From: an uncultured bacterium
GTDB lineage: Bacteria; Abyssobacteria; SURF-5
Direction of reading: 5' to 3'
NCBI GenBank assembly: GCA_964607485.1
Contig: CAZSKP010000004.1
Coordinates: 1 to 64,000 of the forward strand
Length of the DNA: 64,000 nt
Shown: positions 1-9,598 of the stretch, piece after piece
Layout of the letters: each line of letters opens with the position of its first letter
How positions within the stretch are numbered: position 1 is the first letter of the stretch
Translations under genes and position numbers: made by a program
Notes under the pieces: generated by a model
Seen by the model: the letters and a program-made list of their open reading frames with translations, nothing else
The model's database searches: none
What the model was told of the DNA's origin: nothing

Positions 1-120
1 GCCGGGCAACGACCGGCCCTGTGAACTTGAGCAGAAACGCCGCCTTTCTCCCTCGGGGGAAGGCGGCGGATTTTTTTCGGTGAGCAGCGCGCGCACGGCC
101 TCGTTGTGCAGGCCGCTCAT
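1..120 (-). CDS. 5' part of next gene of the polysaccharide operon (runs off window), product unknown
   Basis: ATG at 120 overlaps the flippase stop (ATGA); open frame MSGLHNEAVRALLTEKKSAAFPRG... to the window edge. Confidence 0.55.
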   Translation of the reverse strand, partial: MSGLHNEAVRALLTEKNPPPSPEGERRRFCSSSQGRSLPG

Positions 121-1580
121 TCGGCTATCCCGCCTCCTGCTTCCCTGCGACGGCGGAACAAAAGGTCCCGAAAGAATTCGGTTTCCTCTCGGGTGAACGC
201 GTGGAAAAGAAACAGACAGGGAACATAGATAACGGGCCCGAGGAGGATGAGGTAGAGCAGGTTGAGCGAGTTCAGCATATACAAGACGCCGCCCATCACG
301 CCTGCGCTGAGCAGGATATTATGGTAGCCCCGGAGCAGGTTGGAGGACGGAAACACCTCCCGAAGCAGCCTCCACAGGAAAAACGCGAACAGTATCTCGG
401 CAGCCAGAGTGGCGACGCAGGGGCCGTAGTATCCCATGGACGGAATCAACAGGAAGTCCAAGACAACGTTCAGGCCGATGCAAACCCCCAACGTCTTCAG
501 AAGATACACCTGCCGGTTGACGGCAACCGCCACGAAGGCAGCCAACGCGGACGGAAACATGAACATCAGCACCCAGCTCAAAATGCGCATGACGATGACG
601 GCGGCCTCGAACTCGGGTCCGAAGATGAGGAGAACCACCTTGTCGGCGACAACGGTCAGCCCCATGCACAACGGCATCGCAAGAAGGAACATGAGCTTGA
701 TGGATTTCTGGGTTACCGTTTCAAAACGGTCCTTTTCCTCGGGGCTGTCGGCCAGTTGCGAGATGAGCGGGAAGAGAGGGCGTGAGATGAGGAACGGGAT
801 GCTTATGATTCGCAGGATCAGGTTGTAAACGCCGCTGTAGATGGCCACCTCTCCGCTCGTTCTCAGCCAGGAGAGAACGAGCGTGTCGATCTTGTTGCCC
901 GTCAGCCGCAGCGCCCTGCTGCCGCCCACGGGGAGCGATTCCCGGAGTATGTAGCCGGGCAGCCCCCTGTCGGTCTTGTCGGCGGCCGCGCAGAATTTCC
1001 ATCGCCGGAGAATCGAGGAAAACACACCGCCCAGGCTGGCGGCCATCGCGAATGCTCCCAACACCCCCGCAAGCCCCCAGTCGAGCCGCACGACGGCGAA
1101 AAGCAGTGCAAGCACAGCGGTGCCATAAAAGACCGTCACGAAGGTATCGTACTGGATTCGTTCGTAGGCGAAGAAAATCGCGCTGTTCGTCGCCATGGCG
1201 ACGCGCCCCAGTATCCAGACGGAGCCGATGCAGGCGCTCGCGCGCACACGCGGGTCTTTTGTGCTGACGAAAACGATGCCTATGACGATGAGGACAGAGA
1301 CGACGGAAAGCCAGCGCCGGACCTGGATGGTGGCTCTAAGCAGTTCCGGAACCTTCTCCCGGTCTCTCGACGCATCCCGAATGAGCAGATTATTGAGGCC
1401 GGTTTCGGGGACGATGATGGCCATGGTCACGACGGCCCACACCAATGAATACTCGCCGAACCCGTCGCGGCCGAGGTAACGAGCAAGAAGCGCGATCCAG
1501 ACCAGCGCGGTCAGGGTATCGTAGACTCTTCCGAGCACATTAAAAAGAATGTTCTTGCTGATCCGCGCTATTCCGCTCAT
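117..1580 (-). CDS. wzx: Wzx-type oligosaccharide flippase (MOP superfamily)
   Basis: 487 aa, many hydrophobic segments, ARYLGRDGFGEYS N-terminal motif, KIDTLVLS, LNVVLDFLLIP; polysaccharide context. Confidence 0.9.
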   Translation of the reverse strand: MSGIARISKNILFNVLGRVYDTLTALVWIALLARYLGRDGFGEYSLVWAVVTMAIIVPETGLNNLLIRDASRDREKVPELLRATIQVRRWLSVVSVLIVIGIVFVSTKDPRVRASACIGSVWILGRVAMATNSAIFFAYERIQYDTFVTVFYGTAVLALLFAVVRLDWGLAGVLGAFAMAASLGGVFSSILRRWKFCAAADKTDRGLPGYILRESLPVGGSRALRLTGNKIDTLVLSWLRTSGEVAIYSGVYNLILRIISIPFLISRPLFPLISQLADSPEEKDRFETVTQKSIKLMFLLAMPLCMGLTVVADKVVLLIFGPEFEAAVIVMRILSWVLMFMFPSALAAFVAVAVNRQVYLLKTLGVCIGLNVVLDFLLIPSMGYYGPCVATLAAEILFAFFLWRLLREVFPSSNLLRGYHNILLSAGVMGGVLYMLNSLNLLYLILLGPVIYVPCLFLFHAFTREETEFFRDLLFRRRREAGGGIAE

Positions 1581-1643
1581 TGAATGGTATCAGAGTGTCG
1601 CCGAACCGAATCGTCGCTGCCGGAGAAAGAAAGGCCTGATGTG

Positions 1644-3350
1644 CTACTCCAGATAACCGAGCCCTCTCAGTCGTTCTTCAATAAGCTCCTTCTCATCGGC
1701 TGAATAAATATCCTCGCCCGATATTCCCTCGTCGCCGCCCTCCTCGGGCACCTTGTTGACGGGATGGCTGCGGACGTAATCGTCCTTGAAAGCCTCCGTC
1801 AGGACTCTTCCGTCAATCGTTTCGGGAATGTCCAGGCCAAGCAAGTAAAGCGTGGTGGGGGCAACGTCGATTATCGCCGCATCCGACAGCCGATGTCCGC
1901 TCTTGAAATGGGGGCCGAGGCCGAGGAAGGCTCCGTTGATCTTATGCGTTCCGGACATGGGAGCGTCGCTGAAGAAGGCCGCTTCGCCGACGGACGATTC
2001 TTTCGAGAAGGAATCTCCGCGACAGTGGTACTCGGTAAACCCTTCGACGGTGAGGTCGGGCGCGTGTTCGGCGAACGGGCCGGAGTAGAGATCTTTTTTC
2101 CTGTGTACCTTCTTCACGATATGTCTTCCCGTCGCGGGGTCCTTTGTCTTCATGAGCTTTGTCGTTATTTCCTCGCACACTCTCTCATATTCCTCTCCCG
2201 GCGCCACGACACCATTCGGCTCGCGTCCCTTGAGATTGATAAAGATATTTCCGAACACGCCCTCGGAATAGGCCCGTGTCTTCTCCCAATCCACGCCGAA
2301 GTAAAGCCTCATGGCGATGTACCTGTCTCTGCCGACTCGGCTTTTCAACCTCTGTTTCATCCCTCGCGGAAGAATCTTTTTTCCGGTGGCGAAAAAGGCT
2401 TTTGCGACGGAGACGGCGCCTCTTTTCAGGCCGGGCCCGGAACCGGGAGAATCCCTGAGAACGAGATAATCGTTGGCCCGCAGCCAGGTGCGAAGATAGA
2501 AGACGCGGTGGCCGGCACCGGCGCCGTGGTCGGACATGATGAGCACGCTCGTGTCATCGTCGATTCGGTCCATAAGCCGCCCCAGCGCTTCGTCGCATTT
2601 CTCGTAAATCCTGCAGATTCCGTCGCCGAGCAGTTCCGATTCTTCCTGCCTGTACTGCGGATGTGAAGGGTCCGTGAACTTCCAGAACTGGTGCTGTATC
2701 CTGTCGGGCGCGACGAACACGGTGACCAGCAGGTCCCACGGATATTTCTGCATCAGGTACTCGGTTGCTCGACACCGTTTTTCCACCATCTCGGAGAGCC
2801 TGTCGAAGAAGGCCGAGTAATGGCTCATCTGCGGCCGGGCCTTCTTCGCAACTTCGTCGAAATGCAGGTCGATGATGTACTCGCCCAGAGCATCCTTGAG
2901 TTCTTGATAGAGATGCTCGGGGTAAGTGAACCGAGCGCCCGTTCCTGGCGAATCCATCCCGCTGACCATCACGCCGTTCACGCTCTCGGGTGGGTAGGTC
3001 ATGGGAACGTTGACGATGCACACCCTCCCGCCCCCATCGCTCACGCGTCTCCACATCGTCTTGCCTCGCCTGACGCCCGAGTTGGTGAAGTAAACGTCGA
3101 AGCTTTTAGGGAGGTGCTGATAGAAGTCGAATATCCCGTGTTTTCCGGGATTGACTCCGGTTGCGAACGAGGCCCATGCGGTGGTCGTGATGTACGGCAT
3201 GGTTGACCGTAATTCGGCCCATACGCCGTCTTTCATCATGCGCCCGAGGTTGGGCAGCTTGCCCTGTTCGACCCACGGAGCTATGAGCTCCATCGTGGTG
3301 CCGTCCAGGCCCACTATCATGACCTTCGGTCTGTCGCTACTTGCCTTCAT
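1644..3350 (-). CDS. Alkaline-phosphatase-superfamily (type I phosphodiesterase/nucleotide pyrophosphatase-like) protein, paralogue 3
   Basis: Start re-placed at MKASSDRPK (3350); GLDG, STMPYITTTAW..TG.NPGKHG, DRIQH, SDHG, C-terminal ERLRGLGYLE. Confidence 0.85.
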   Translation of the reverse strand: MKASSDRPKVMIVGLDGTTMELIAPWVEQGKLPNLGRMMKDGVWAELRSTMPYITTTAWASFATGVNPGKHGIFDFYQHLPKSFDVYFTNSGVRRGKTMWRRVSDGGGRVCIVNVPMTYPPESVNGVMVSGMDSPGTGARFTYPEHLYQELKDALGEYIIDLHFDEVAKKARPQMSHYSAFFDRLSEMVEKRCRATEYLMQKYPWDLLVTVFVAPDRIQHQFWKFTDPSHPQYRQEESELLGDGICRIYEKCDEALGRLMDRIDDDTSVLIMSDHGAGAGHRVFYLRTWLRANDYLVLRDSPGSGPGLKRGAVSVAKAFFATGKKILPRGMKQRLKSRVGRDRYIAMRLYFGVDWEKTRAYSEGVFGNIFINLKGREPNGVVAPGEEYERVCEEITTKLMKTKDPATGRHIVKKVHRKKDLYSGPFAEHAPDLTVEGFTEYHCRGDSFSKESSVGEAAFFSDAPMSGTHKINGAFLGLGPHFKSGHRLSDAAIIDVAPTTLYLLGLDIPETIDGRVLTEAFKDDYVRSHPVNKVPEEGGDEGISGEDIYSADEKELIEERLRGLGYLE

Positions 3351-4263
3351 CGGAAGCAATCCATCTCTCGTGGAACGTTCTCCATAAGTGCCATTGGTCC
3401 GGGTACTGGCGTATGACGGGGTCGAGGAAGTCCATGCATCTCTGTGCGTTTCGCTGAAGCACCTCTTCCTTGTCCCCCTCGGTCTCCAGCTCCACGGGCT
3501 CGGATAGGGTGAACGTCGCGGCGCCGTTCTTTTCCCGGAGAGGCGCGTAGAAGATGATGGGCGCGCCCGTTTGCATGGCGATGCGAATGGGCCCTTGGGG
3601 CGCTCGCGTTCTTCTGCCGAGGAAATCGACGACAGGGTCTTTGTCGGTCGTGAAGGCGTCGAGGAAGAGCGTGACGCTTTCGTTGCGCTTGACCGCTTTG
3701 ATGACTCCCAGGAGCGAGCCGCCCCGGCGAAACATTTTACCACTGATGCGGCTCTCATAGTAACTCAGACGTCTTTCGAGTATCTTTCTGTCGAGCCCGC
3801 TCATGTCCAGCTTGGTTGTATCCTGCGAGATGTCGTTCATCGGTACCCCAAGAATTTGCAGCGTCACCCCGGAGAGGTAGTAGGGCCCTGTATGCGCGAG
3901 CACGATGACGATGCCATTGCCATTTTCCTGGGCTTTCCTGACGTTTTCGAACTTGTTTACACGAACGTATTTCTTTACAAATTTGTCATCAACCCTCGGC
4001 AGGTAAAGAATCTCAAGGCTGTGCGTCGCATGGTTTGTGAAGTTTCGACGGCATATCTTTCGGATTTCCTCTCGGGATTTTTCGGGGAAGATTTCCCTTA
4101 TGTTGCTCTCGATCTGTTGTCTAAGGTGGGTGCTGATGAGGCAGTTCAAATTCCCGAGGATCGTGCCCATGTGACGCAAGAGCGGGAAGGGAATATAGGG
4201 CACAATTGGAGTGAAGACATAGTGAAAAATCCACTTGGCTATGTAGCGAAGCTTCCGTTTCAT
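3337..4263 (-). CDS. LpxL/HtrB-like lysophospholipid acyltransferase family protein
   Basis: N-terminal anchor, AHTG.. motif, VDFLGRRT, GP.RIA.QTGAPI, YPDQW C-terminal motif. Confidence 0.8.
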   Translation of the reverse strand: MKRKLRYIAKWIFHYVFTPIVPYIPFPLLRHMGTILGNLNCLISTHLRQQIESNIREIFPEKSREEIRKICRRNFTNHATHSLEILYLPRVDDKFVKKYVRVNKFENVRKAQENGNGIVIVLAHTGPYYLSGVTLQILGVPMNDISQDTTKLDMSGLDRKILERRLSYYESRISGKMFRRGGSLLGVIKAVKRNESVTLFLDAFTTDKDPVVDFLGRRTRAPQGPIRIAMQTGAPIIFYAPLREKNGAATFTLSEPVELETEGDKEEVLQRNAQRCMDFLDPVIRQYPDQWHLWRTFHERWIASDEGK

Positions 4264-5735
4264 TGGCTTTCCATGGCGGCCTGCCGGGTGCGGGTTTCGC
4301 GCGAATCTTTATATATCTTCACCGCTACAAAACACAGAGCGATCGCCACCCACTCGACACGGTCTTCGAAGAACATCCCGAAGGTCAGGTTCCCCACCGC
4401 CTTGGCCACCTGAGCGGCCAACAGCGTGCCATACAGCAGGTAAAGAACATAATCGCTCTTGTCAAGCAAGTATCTTGCCAGAATTCTCAAGATGCGCCAC
4501 ATGAACCAGAGGAAAAGGAGAAACCCGAACGGACCCAGCGCGATGAAGACCTCGAGGTACATGTTGTGCGCCAGCTCGGGATTCCGAAAGTATTCCATTG
4601 TGTAATCGGGCAACAGTTGTGACAAGCTGCCCACCCCGATGCCGAGCACGGGATGTTCGGTAAATAGCCGCCATATGGCGGACCAGATGTTCAGTCGATA
4701 GGCCCAGCCGGGGTCCATGCTGGGATTCTCGATAAGCTCGGTAAAACGCCTCAAGGCGAGAGCGACAAGGGTGAAAAGGTTTTGCCCGAAAAGCCCGAGG
4801 ACAAAGAAGGCCGCCACGGAGCCGACGACGCCGACCGGAATCAGCCAATGGACATAGGTGCGGAAGCGGTCGCAGATTAGATAAAGAAACAGCAGGCCGA
4901 AAGCCAGGCCCAACAACGGACCCCGCGCGGCCGAGCCCAGAACGGTGCCCATCAGCATAAGCAGTATGCTCGACAGGATAAAAACCTTGCCGAGCTTGCT
5001 TTTTGCTATCATGAACAGGCCGACGGCCATGAGAATGCTGTAATTCAGGTATTCGCCCGATTCGATGGCCGAAGTCTGGAACGATACGGCCCTTCCCTCG
5101 CCGCCTCCGATGCCGGCGATAGCCTCGGCAAGCGCAATCCCGCCAATGATTAAACCGCCGAGCAGCCAGGAATACATGGCCGTGATGAGCTGCTTCCTCG
5201 TTTTTATCAGCGCCAGAACCATGTAAAAGAGCACAATGGCGTAGGAGAACTGAAGCAGTTTAGATACGGCGGACTTGTAGCTGACGCACCAGGTGAACGA
5301 GAGAAACGCCCACCACGCCAGCGCCAGCAGCGGCAGTTCGATTCCCGTTCGCTCCAGGGGAAGCCCCGTCCTGCGCGTGAATATATCTCTATTGAGCAGG
5401 CCGATGAAGGTAAAGAGAGCCACCGGGTCGGCCAGGCGAACGACGGCTCCGCCGATGTTTGCAAGCGCGTACTGTTCGCTCCGGAACGGAAGGAGCAGCA
5501 TGAAAATGAGAATGCCCCAGAACGGATTTGCCAGCGCGATCCCGAACACAATCACCCCCGCCGCCGCGGCCAGGAAGTAAACGTAGTATTCGGGTATGCC
5601 GGTGAATTCGATTCCGACAAGCTTGCCGACGCTCATCTCAAGCAGCGGAGCGATGCCTATGAGGAAGCTCATCCCCACGGACACAGAAATTATGAACGCG
5701 AGTATGCACGTCCACTGCCTGATCTTGTTTGTCAA
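4260..5735 (-). CDS. O-antigen ligase/Wzy-family polysaccharide polymerase
   Basis: Polytopic membrane protein with R..IW...HPVLGIG and AHNMYLE periplasmic-loop motifs. Confidence 0.85.
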   Translation of the reverse strand: MTNKIRQWTCILAFIISVSVGMSFLIGIAPLLEMSVGKLVGIEFTGIPEYYVYFLAAAAGVIVFGIALANPFWGILIFMLLLPFRSEQYALANIGGAVVRLADPVALFTFIGLLNRDIFTRRTGLPLERTGIELPLLALAWWAFLSFTWCVSYKSAVSKLLQFSYAIVLFYMVLALIKTRKQLITAMYSWLLGGLIIGGIALAEAIAGIGGGEGRAVSFQTSAIESGEYLNYSILMAVGLFMIAKSKLGKVFILSSILLMLMGTVLGSAARGPLLGLAFGLLFLYLICDRFRTYVHWLIPVGVVGSVAAFFVLGLFGQNLFTLVALALRRFTELIENPSMDPGWAYRLNIWSAIWRLFTEHPVLGIGVGSLSQLLPDYTMEYFRNPELAHNMYLEVFIALGPFGFLLFLWFMWRILRILARYLLDKSDYVLYLLYGTLLAAQVAKAVGNLTFGMFFEDRVEWVAIALCFVAVKIYKDSRETRTRQAAMESQ

Positions 5736-5780
5736 GAGATAGCTGTTGATGCTGCCAGCCCCTTCTAAGCCCTTCGCGAC

Positions 5781-7829
5781 TCAGACACGATTTGCGACGA
5801 CGCCCGTTATCTCGACCCCGGCGCTCTCGAGGGCGTTCACGGCTTCCTTGAGCTTTTTCGGAGAAGGTCCCTCTATCGAAACGACGAGGAGGGCACGCTG
5901 GGCCAGGGCGGCTACCGCCAAGCCCCCGGCGAAGCAATCCAGGGCGGCGGAGTCCAGCAGGACGTAGTCGTAATTCTCCCCGAGGGATTCTATATAGTCT
6001 TCGAGGGCGGGTGAGCCCAGCTTATGGAGCAACCCCTCGCTCCCTGGACCTGCGGCAACTATGCTTAACTGCGGAAAGGCCGCATTCGTCTGGACGATTT
6101 CGGTTGCGGCCTCGTCTTCCCGGAGCAGGATGTCCGACACGCCCCTCACGTTCGAGACATCAAACACACTGTGCAGAGCGGGATTCTTAAGGTTCAGATC
6201 GACGAGGGCCACTCTGCGCCCTTGGTCGGCCAGGGCCACGGCTAGATGGCTGATAAGTTTTGTTTTCCCTTCTTTTGTCAAGGCGCTGGCCACCGCAATT
6301 ATCTTTTTGTCTTCCAGATAAGTCAGCACGTTGTGACTGATCTCCATGATAGCTCCGGCGAACTTATCCGGCGTATCGAGTTTTCTGACCTTCGAGACGC
6401 GGAGCGAACGCATCTTGGGAATCACGCCGAGCAGTCTCAGGTCAGATGCCCGTTTGATGTCGTCCACGCTCTTCACCGATATATCCATGAACTCAACGAC
6501 GAACGCCATGCCGAACCCGAACATCAGGCCGAGAACGACGGCAAGGATCAGGTACAAGGCGGGCTTCGGATAGTACGGGTCGCTGCGGTCGGGAAGCTCG
6601 GCAAACGTAATAATGGTCGCGTTGCTGTAGTTTGTGCCGGCAGCGGTGAGGGCGCTGTCTCGTTCTGCGGCAAGGGTCAGATAGGTTGTCTCCGCGATAT
6701 CTATCTGTCTCTGCAGGTCCGCCAGTTCCCGATTCGTGTCGGCAAGCCTCTCCAATTCTTTCTTGATGTCTCCTATGCTGGCCCCGAGGAGCTGCTTGTT
6801 CTTTTTTAATTCGATGATGTCGTTTTCGAGCAGCCGCCGAATCTCATCCAGTATTTGCTTCTTCATGCCGTCGATTTCAGCTTGGAGCTCCATGACATCA
6901 GGATGTTTCGGAGTCTTTCCGGTCAGCGTTGCGGCGAGCGAGGCTTCGAGCGCGATCAAGCGGCTCTGCATGTCGCGGATGTGCGGATATCCTTCGGCGC
7001 TTTTCAGCGTGGCCTGGAGCCCCTCAGAATCGAACGGCGCCTCAGAGAGTTCCCTGAGCCGGCTTTCGCGGACCATCAGGTCGTTGCCGACCGAAAGGCG
7101 CTGATTCTCAAGGTTGTTCAAGTTGGCCTGGATGTCGTTGATGCGTCCCTCGAGGTTGACCACATAGTGAGTTTCCTGAAATTTCCTGAGATTGTTCTGT
7201 GCCTCTGTGAGTTTTCCCTTGGAGGCGGCCAGATTGTTCTCTATGATTTCCAGCGCCTCGCGAGCCTTTTGCTGTTTGAGCCCGCCGGCCTGCTCCACAT
7301 AGCTCAGAGCGATCTCATTGGCCATGTCGCGCGCCTCTTCGGGGATATCGGAATAGGCGCATATTTCTATGATGTCGGAGTCCGCGATGGGGTCGACGTA
7401 CGCCTGCCGTCGCTGCAGAAATGCGCCGATGAATCCCGGCTCGACCAGCTTGTCCAGCCGGATATACTCGTCGCGGTACTCCTTGATGAGGCCGATTGAC
7501 TTCAGCAACTTATCTACTATGGTCACACGCCGCCGCAGGTTCAACTTTTTGATTACGGGTTCCATGACCATTCGGGACCGAATGACCTCGGCCTGGCTGT
7601 GGGTTGGAATGCCGCTGACGTGGTCGAGCTCGCCCCAGTTTTCGGGAATCTGCCTTTGAAGCAGCGCCTGCACGCCCTCGAACTGGAGGATTTTCACCTT
7701 GGCCGAGGCCTCGTACACCTTCGTCATCATCAAGCAGGTGATAAGTGTGGCCAGAGGCAGGATTATCACAAAAGCGAGAATTACCCACTTCCTCTTCCAG
7801 CAGGTTTTCAGCAGAGCTCTCAGTTCCAA
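5781..7829 (-). CDS. Wzc/GumC-like polysaccharide co-polymerase with BY-kinase-like C-terminal domain
   Basis: Wzz-like N-terminal TM + YEASAK, coiled coil, P-rich second TM (YYPKP), P-loop SALTKEGKT. Confidence 0.85.
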   Translation of the reverse strand: MELRALLKTCWKRKWVILAFVIILPLATLITCLMMTKVYEASAKVKILQFEGVQALLQRQIPENWGELDHVSGIPTHSQAEVIRSRMVMEPVIKKLNLRRRVTIVDKLLKSIGLIKEYRDEYIRLDKLVEPGFIGAFLQRRQAYVDPIADSDIIEICAYSDIPEEARDMANEIALSYVEQAGGLKQQKAREALEIIENNLAASKGKLTEAQNNLRKFQETHYVVNLEGRINDIQANLNNLENQRLSVGNDLMVRESRLRELSEAPFDSEGLQATLKSAEGYPHIRDMQSRLIALEASLAATLTGKTPKHPDVMELQAEIDGMKKQILDEIRRLLENDIIELKKNKQLLGASIGDIKKELERLADTNRELADLQRQIDIAETTYLTLAAERDSALTAAGTNYSNATIITFAELPDRSDPYYPKPALYLILAVVLGLMFGFGMAFVVEFMDISVKSVDDIKRASDLRLLGVIPKMRSLRVSKVRKLDTPDKFAGAIMEISHNVLTYLEDKKIIAVASALTKEGKTKLISHLAVALADQGRRVALVDLNLKNPALHSVFDVSNVRGVSDILLREDEAATEIVQTNAAFPQLSIVAAGPGSEGLLHKLGSPALEDYIESLGENYDYVLLDSAALDCFAGGLAVAALAQRALLVVSIEGPSPKKLKEAVNALESAGVEITGVVANRV

Positions 7830-7895
7830 GGCAGTGTTTATCCTTTCCTGTTATGTCCTCCCGTCCCCGGTCGGCTCGCTCATGTCGAAGCGCCG

Positions 7896-9590
7896 CTACT
7901 CAATATATCCCAGCCCCCGAAGACGGTCCTTGATCTTCGCCTCTTCTTCCTCCGAATAGTGTCCACCTGCGACGCCTGTGACAGCCGGCGCTTCGCCGCT
8001 CCTGAAACGGACGGTCTTTGTCCTCTGGTAGTCGTCGGTGAAAATGTCTGTCAGCACTTCCCCATCCATGTCGTCGGGAATGGGAACCCCGAAAACATAC
8101 AGGATCGTGGGCGCGAGGTCCACGATGCTCGCCCCCTCGACCTTCAGGTTCTTCCTGATTCCCTGTCCTTTCGCCATGAGGACGCCGTTGAGCTTGTGGA
8201 AGCCGTTCATTTCGAGCCGACTCAGCGGCATTGTCTGGACGTCGAGAAAGAGGGTGTCCTCGCTCTCGCCGAATCGCTGGCGGCTGTGGTAGGCGTAGTC
8301 GGTCCACTGAACGATCAGGTCGGGAGCCCTATCGACGAAGGGGCCCGTGTAGAGTTCTTCGCGGAAGTGAACTCGCTCCACCACGGGCTCGCCGTTGTCC
8401 GGATTCTTCAGGGAGAGAAGTTTCTCGGAAATTTCCCTCCGGAGGGATTCGTACTGCTCGTTTCCTTCGACGATTCCTTCCGGCTCGCGCCTCTTCACGT
8501 TGAGCCATATGTTCCCGTAGGCGCCCCACGAGAAGGCCCGCGTCCTTCCCCAATCGATGGCCGAGGCGAAGAGGTAGGACTCGAGCTTGTCGCGAACATC
8601 CGGCATGATTCTTTTCAGCATGGCCTTGACCGAACCCGGCAGATTGCGCTTCATGGAGGTGAAAATGCTCTGCAGAGCCTTCCGAGAATACTTTTGGATT
8701 CCTCCCCCGCGTTTCTCCCCACGTTTGAAGGCGAGGTATCCGTTCATTTCGAGCCACTTGTTGAGATTGACCACTTTTCTGAGAGGTCCGGCGCCGTGGT
8801 CGGACATGATGAATACCTTGACGTCGTCATCCAGCTTTCCGAGGATGCGGCCCAGCTCCGCGTCGATCTTCTGATAAACGTCGAGGATGACATGGCCGAA
8901 CTTCTTCGCTCCTTCTTCCGTGTAGCCGGGATGGCTCGTGTCCATAAATTTCCAGAAGGCGTGCTGAACATAGTCGGTCGCGCTGAACAGCGTTATCATG
9001 AAATCCCACGGGTGCGAGTCCATCAGGTAGCGGGTGACCTCGGCCCGATTTTCAATCATTCGATTGAGCTGTCGTATGTATTCGTCCAGCGACACGTGGA
9101 AATTCACGGTCATCACGTACTCGCCCACGTTGTCCTTAATCTCTCGGTACAGGCTTTCGGGATACGTGAAGACGCTGTCCACGCCTGGAGCGTCCATCCA
9201 ACTGATCATCCAGCCGTTGACCTCCTGCGGCGGATAATTCAACGGAATGTTCATGACTCCCACCCGCAGGCCTTCCTCGCTCATTATTTTCCAGAGCGTG
9301 TTCTGGTCGCGGATGCTGGAATCGACCAGTCGTATGTCGTAGCCGTTGTCTTTCCGGACGACGAAATCGAACACGCCGTGCTTGCCGGGATTCTTGCCGG
9401 TCATGAAGGAAGTCCAGGCGGGAGCAGTCAGGGGATGGATGACGCTGGCGAGGTCGCCGTGGACGCCGTCCCGGATGAACTGGCCGAGCACGGGAAGGCG
9501 CCCCTGCTCGACCCATGGTTCGATGAGGTCGTTCGTCGCGCCGTCCAGTCCGATGACGAAAACTCTTTCTTTGTTCGATTCGGTCGTCAA
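7896..9590 (-). CDS. Alkaline-phosphatase-superfamily phosphodiesterase-like protein, paralogue 2
   Basis: Start re-placed at TTG 9590 (GAGAG upstream); GLDG, SVIHPLTAPAW..TGKNPGKHG, DYVQH, SDHG, DRLRGLGYIE. Confidence 0.85.
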   Translation of the reverse strand: MTTESNKERVFVIGLDGATNDLIEPWVEQGRLPVLGQFIRDGVHGDLASVIHPLTAPAWTSFMTGKNPGKHGVFDFVVRKDNGYDIRLVDSSIRDQNTLWKIMSEEGLRVGVMNIPLNYPPQEVNGWMISWMDAPGVDSVFTYPESLYREIKDNVGEYVMTVNFHVSLDEYIRQLNRMIENRAEVTRYLMDSHPWDFMITLFSATDYVQHAFWKFMDTSHPGYTEEGAKKFGHVILDVYQKIDAELGRILGKLDDDVKVFIMSDHGAGPLRKVVNLNKWLEMNGYLAFKRGEKRGGGIQKYSRKALQSIFTSMKRNLPGSVKAMLKRIMPDVRDKLESYLFASAIDWGRTRAFSWGAYGNIWLNVKRREPEGIVEGNEQYESLRREISEKLLSLKNPDNGEPVVERVHFREELYTGPFVDRAPDLIVQWTDYAYHSRQRFGESEDTLFLDVQTMPLSRLEMNGFHKLNGVLMAKGQGIRKNLKVEGASIVDLAPTILYVFGVPIPDDMDGEVLTDIFTDDYQRTKTVRFRSGEAPAVTGVAGGHYSEEEEAKIKDRLRGLGYIE

Positions 9591-9598
9591 GCGTCTCT

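Noticed and set aside
3351-3758. N-terminal extensions in the ORF track (also 9591-10076, 35596-36015, 36489-36665)
   Set aside because: They overlap upstream genes and are low-complexity; family homology starts at the re-placed codons.
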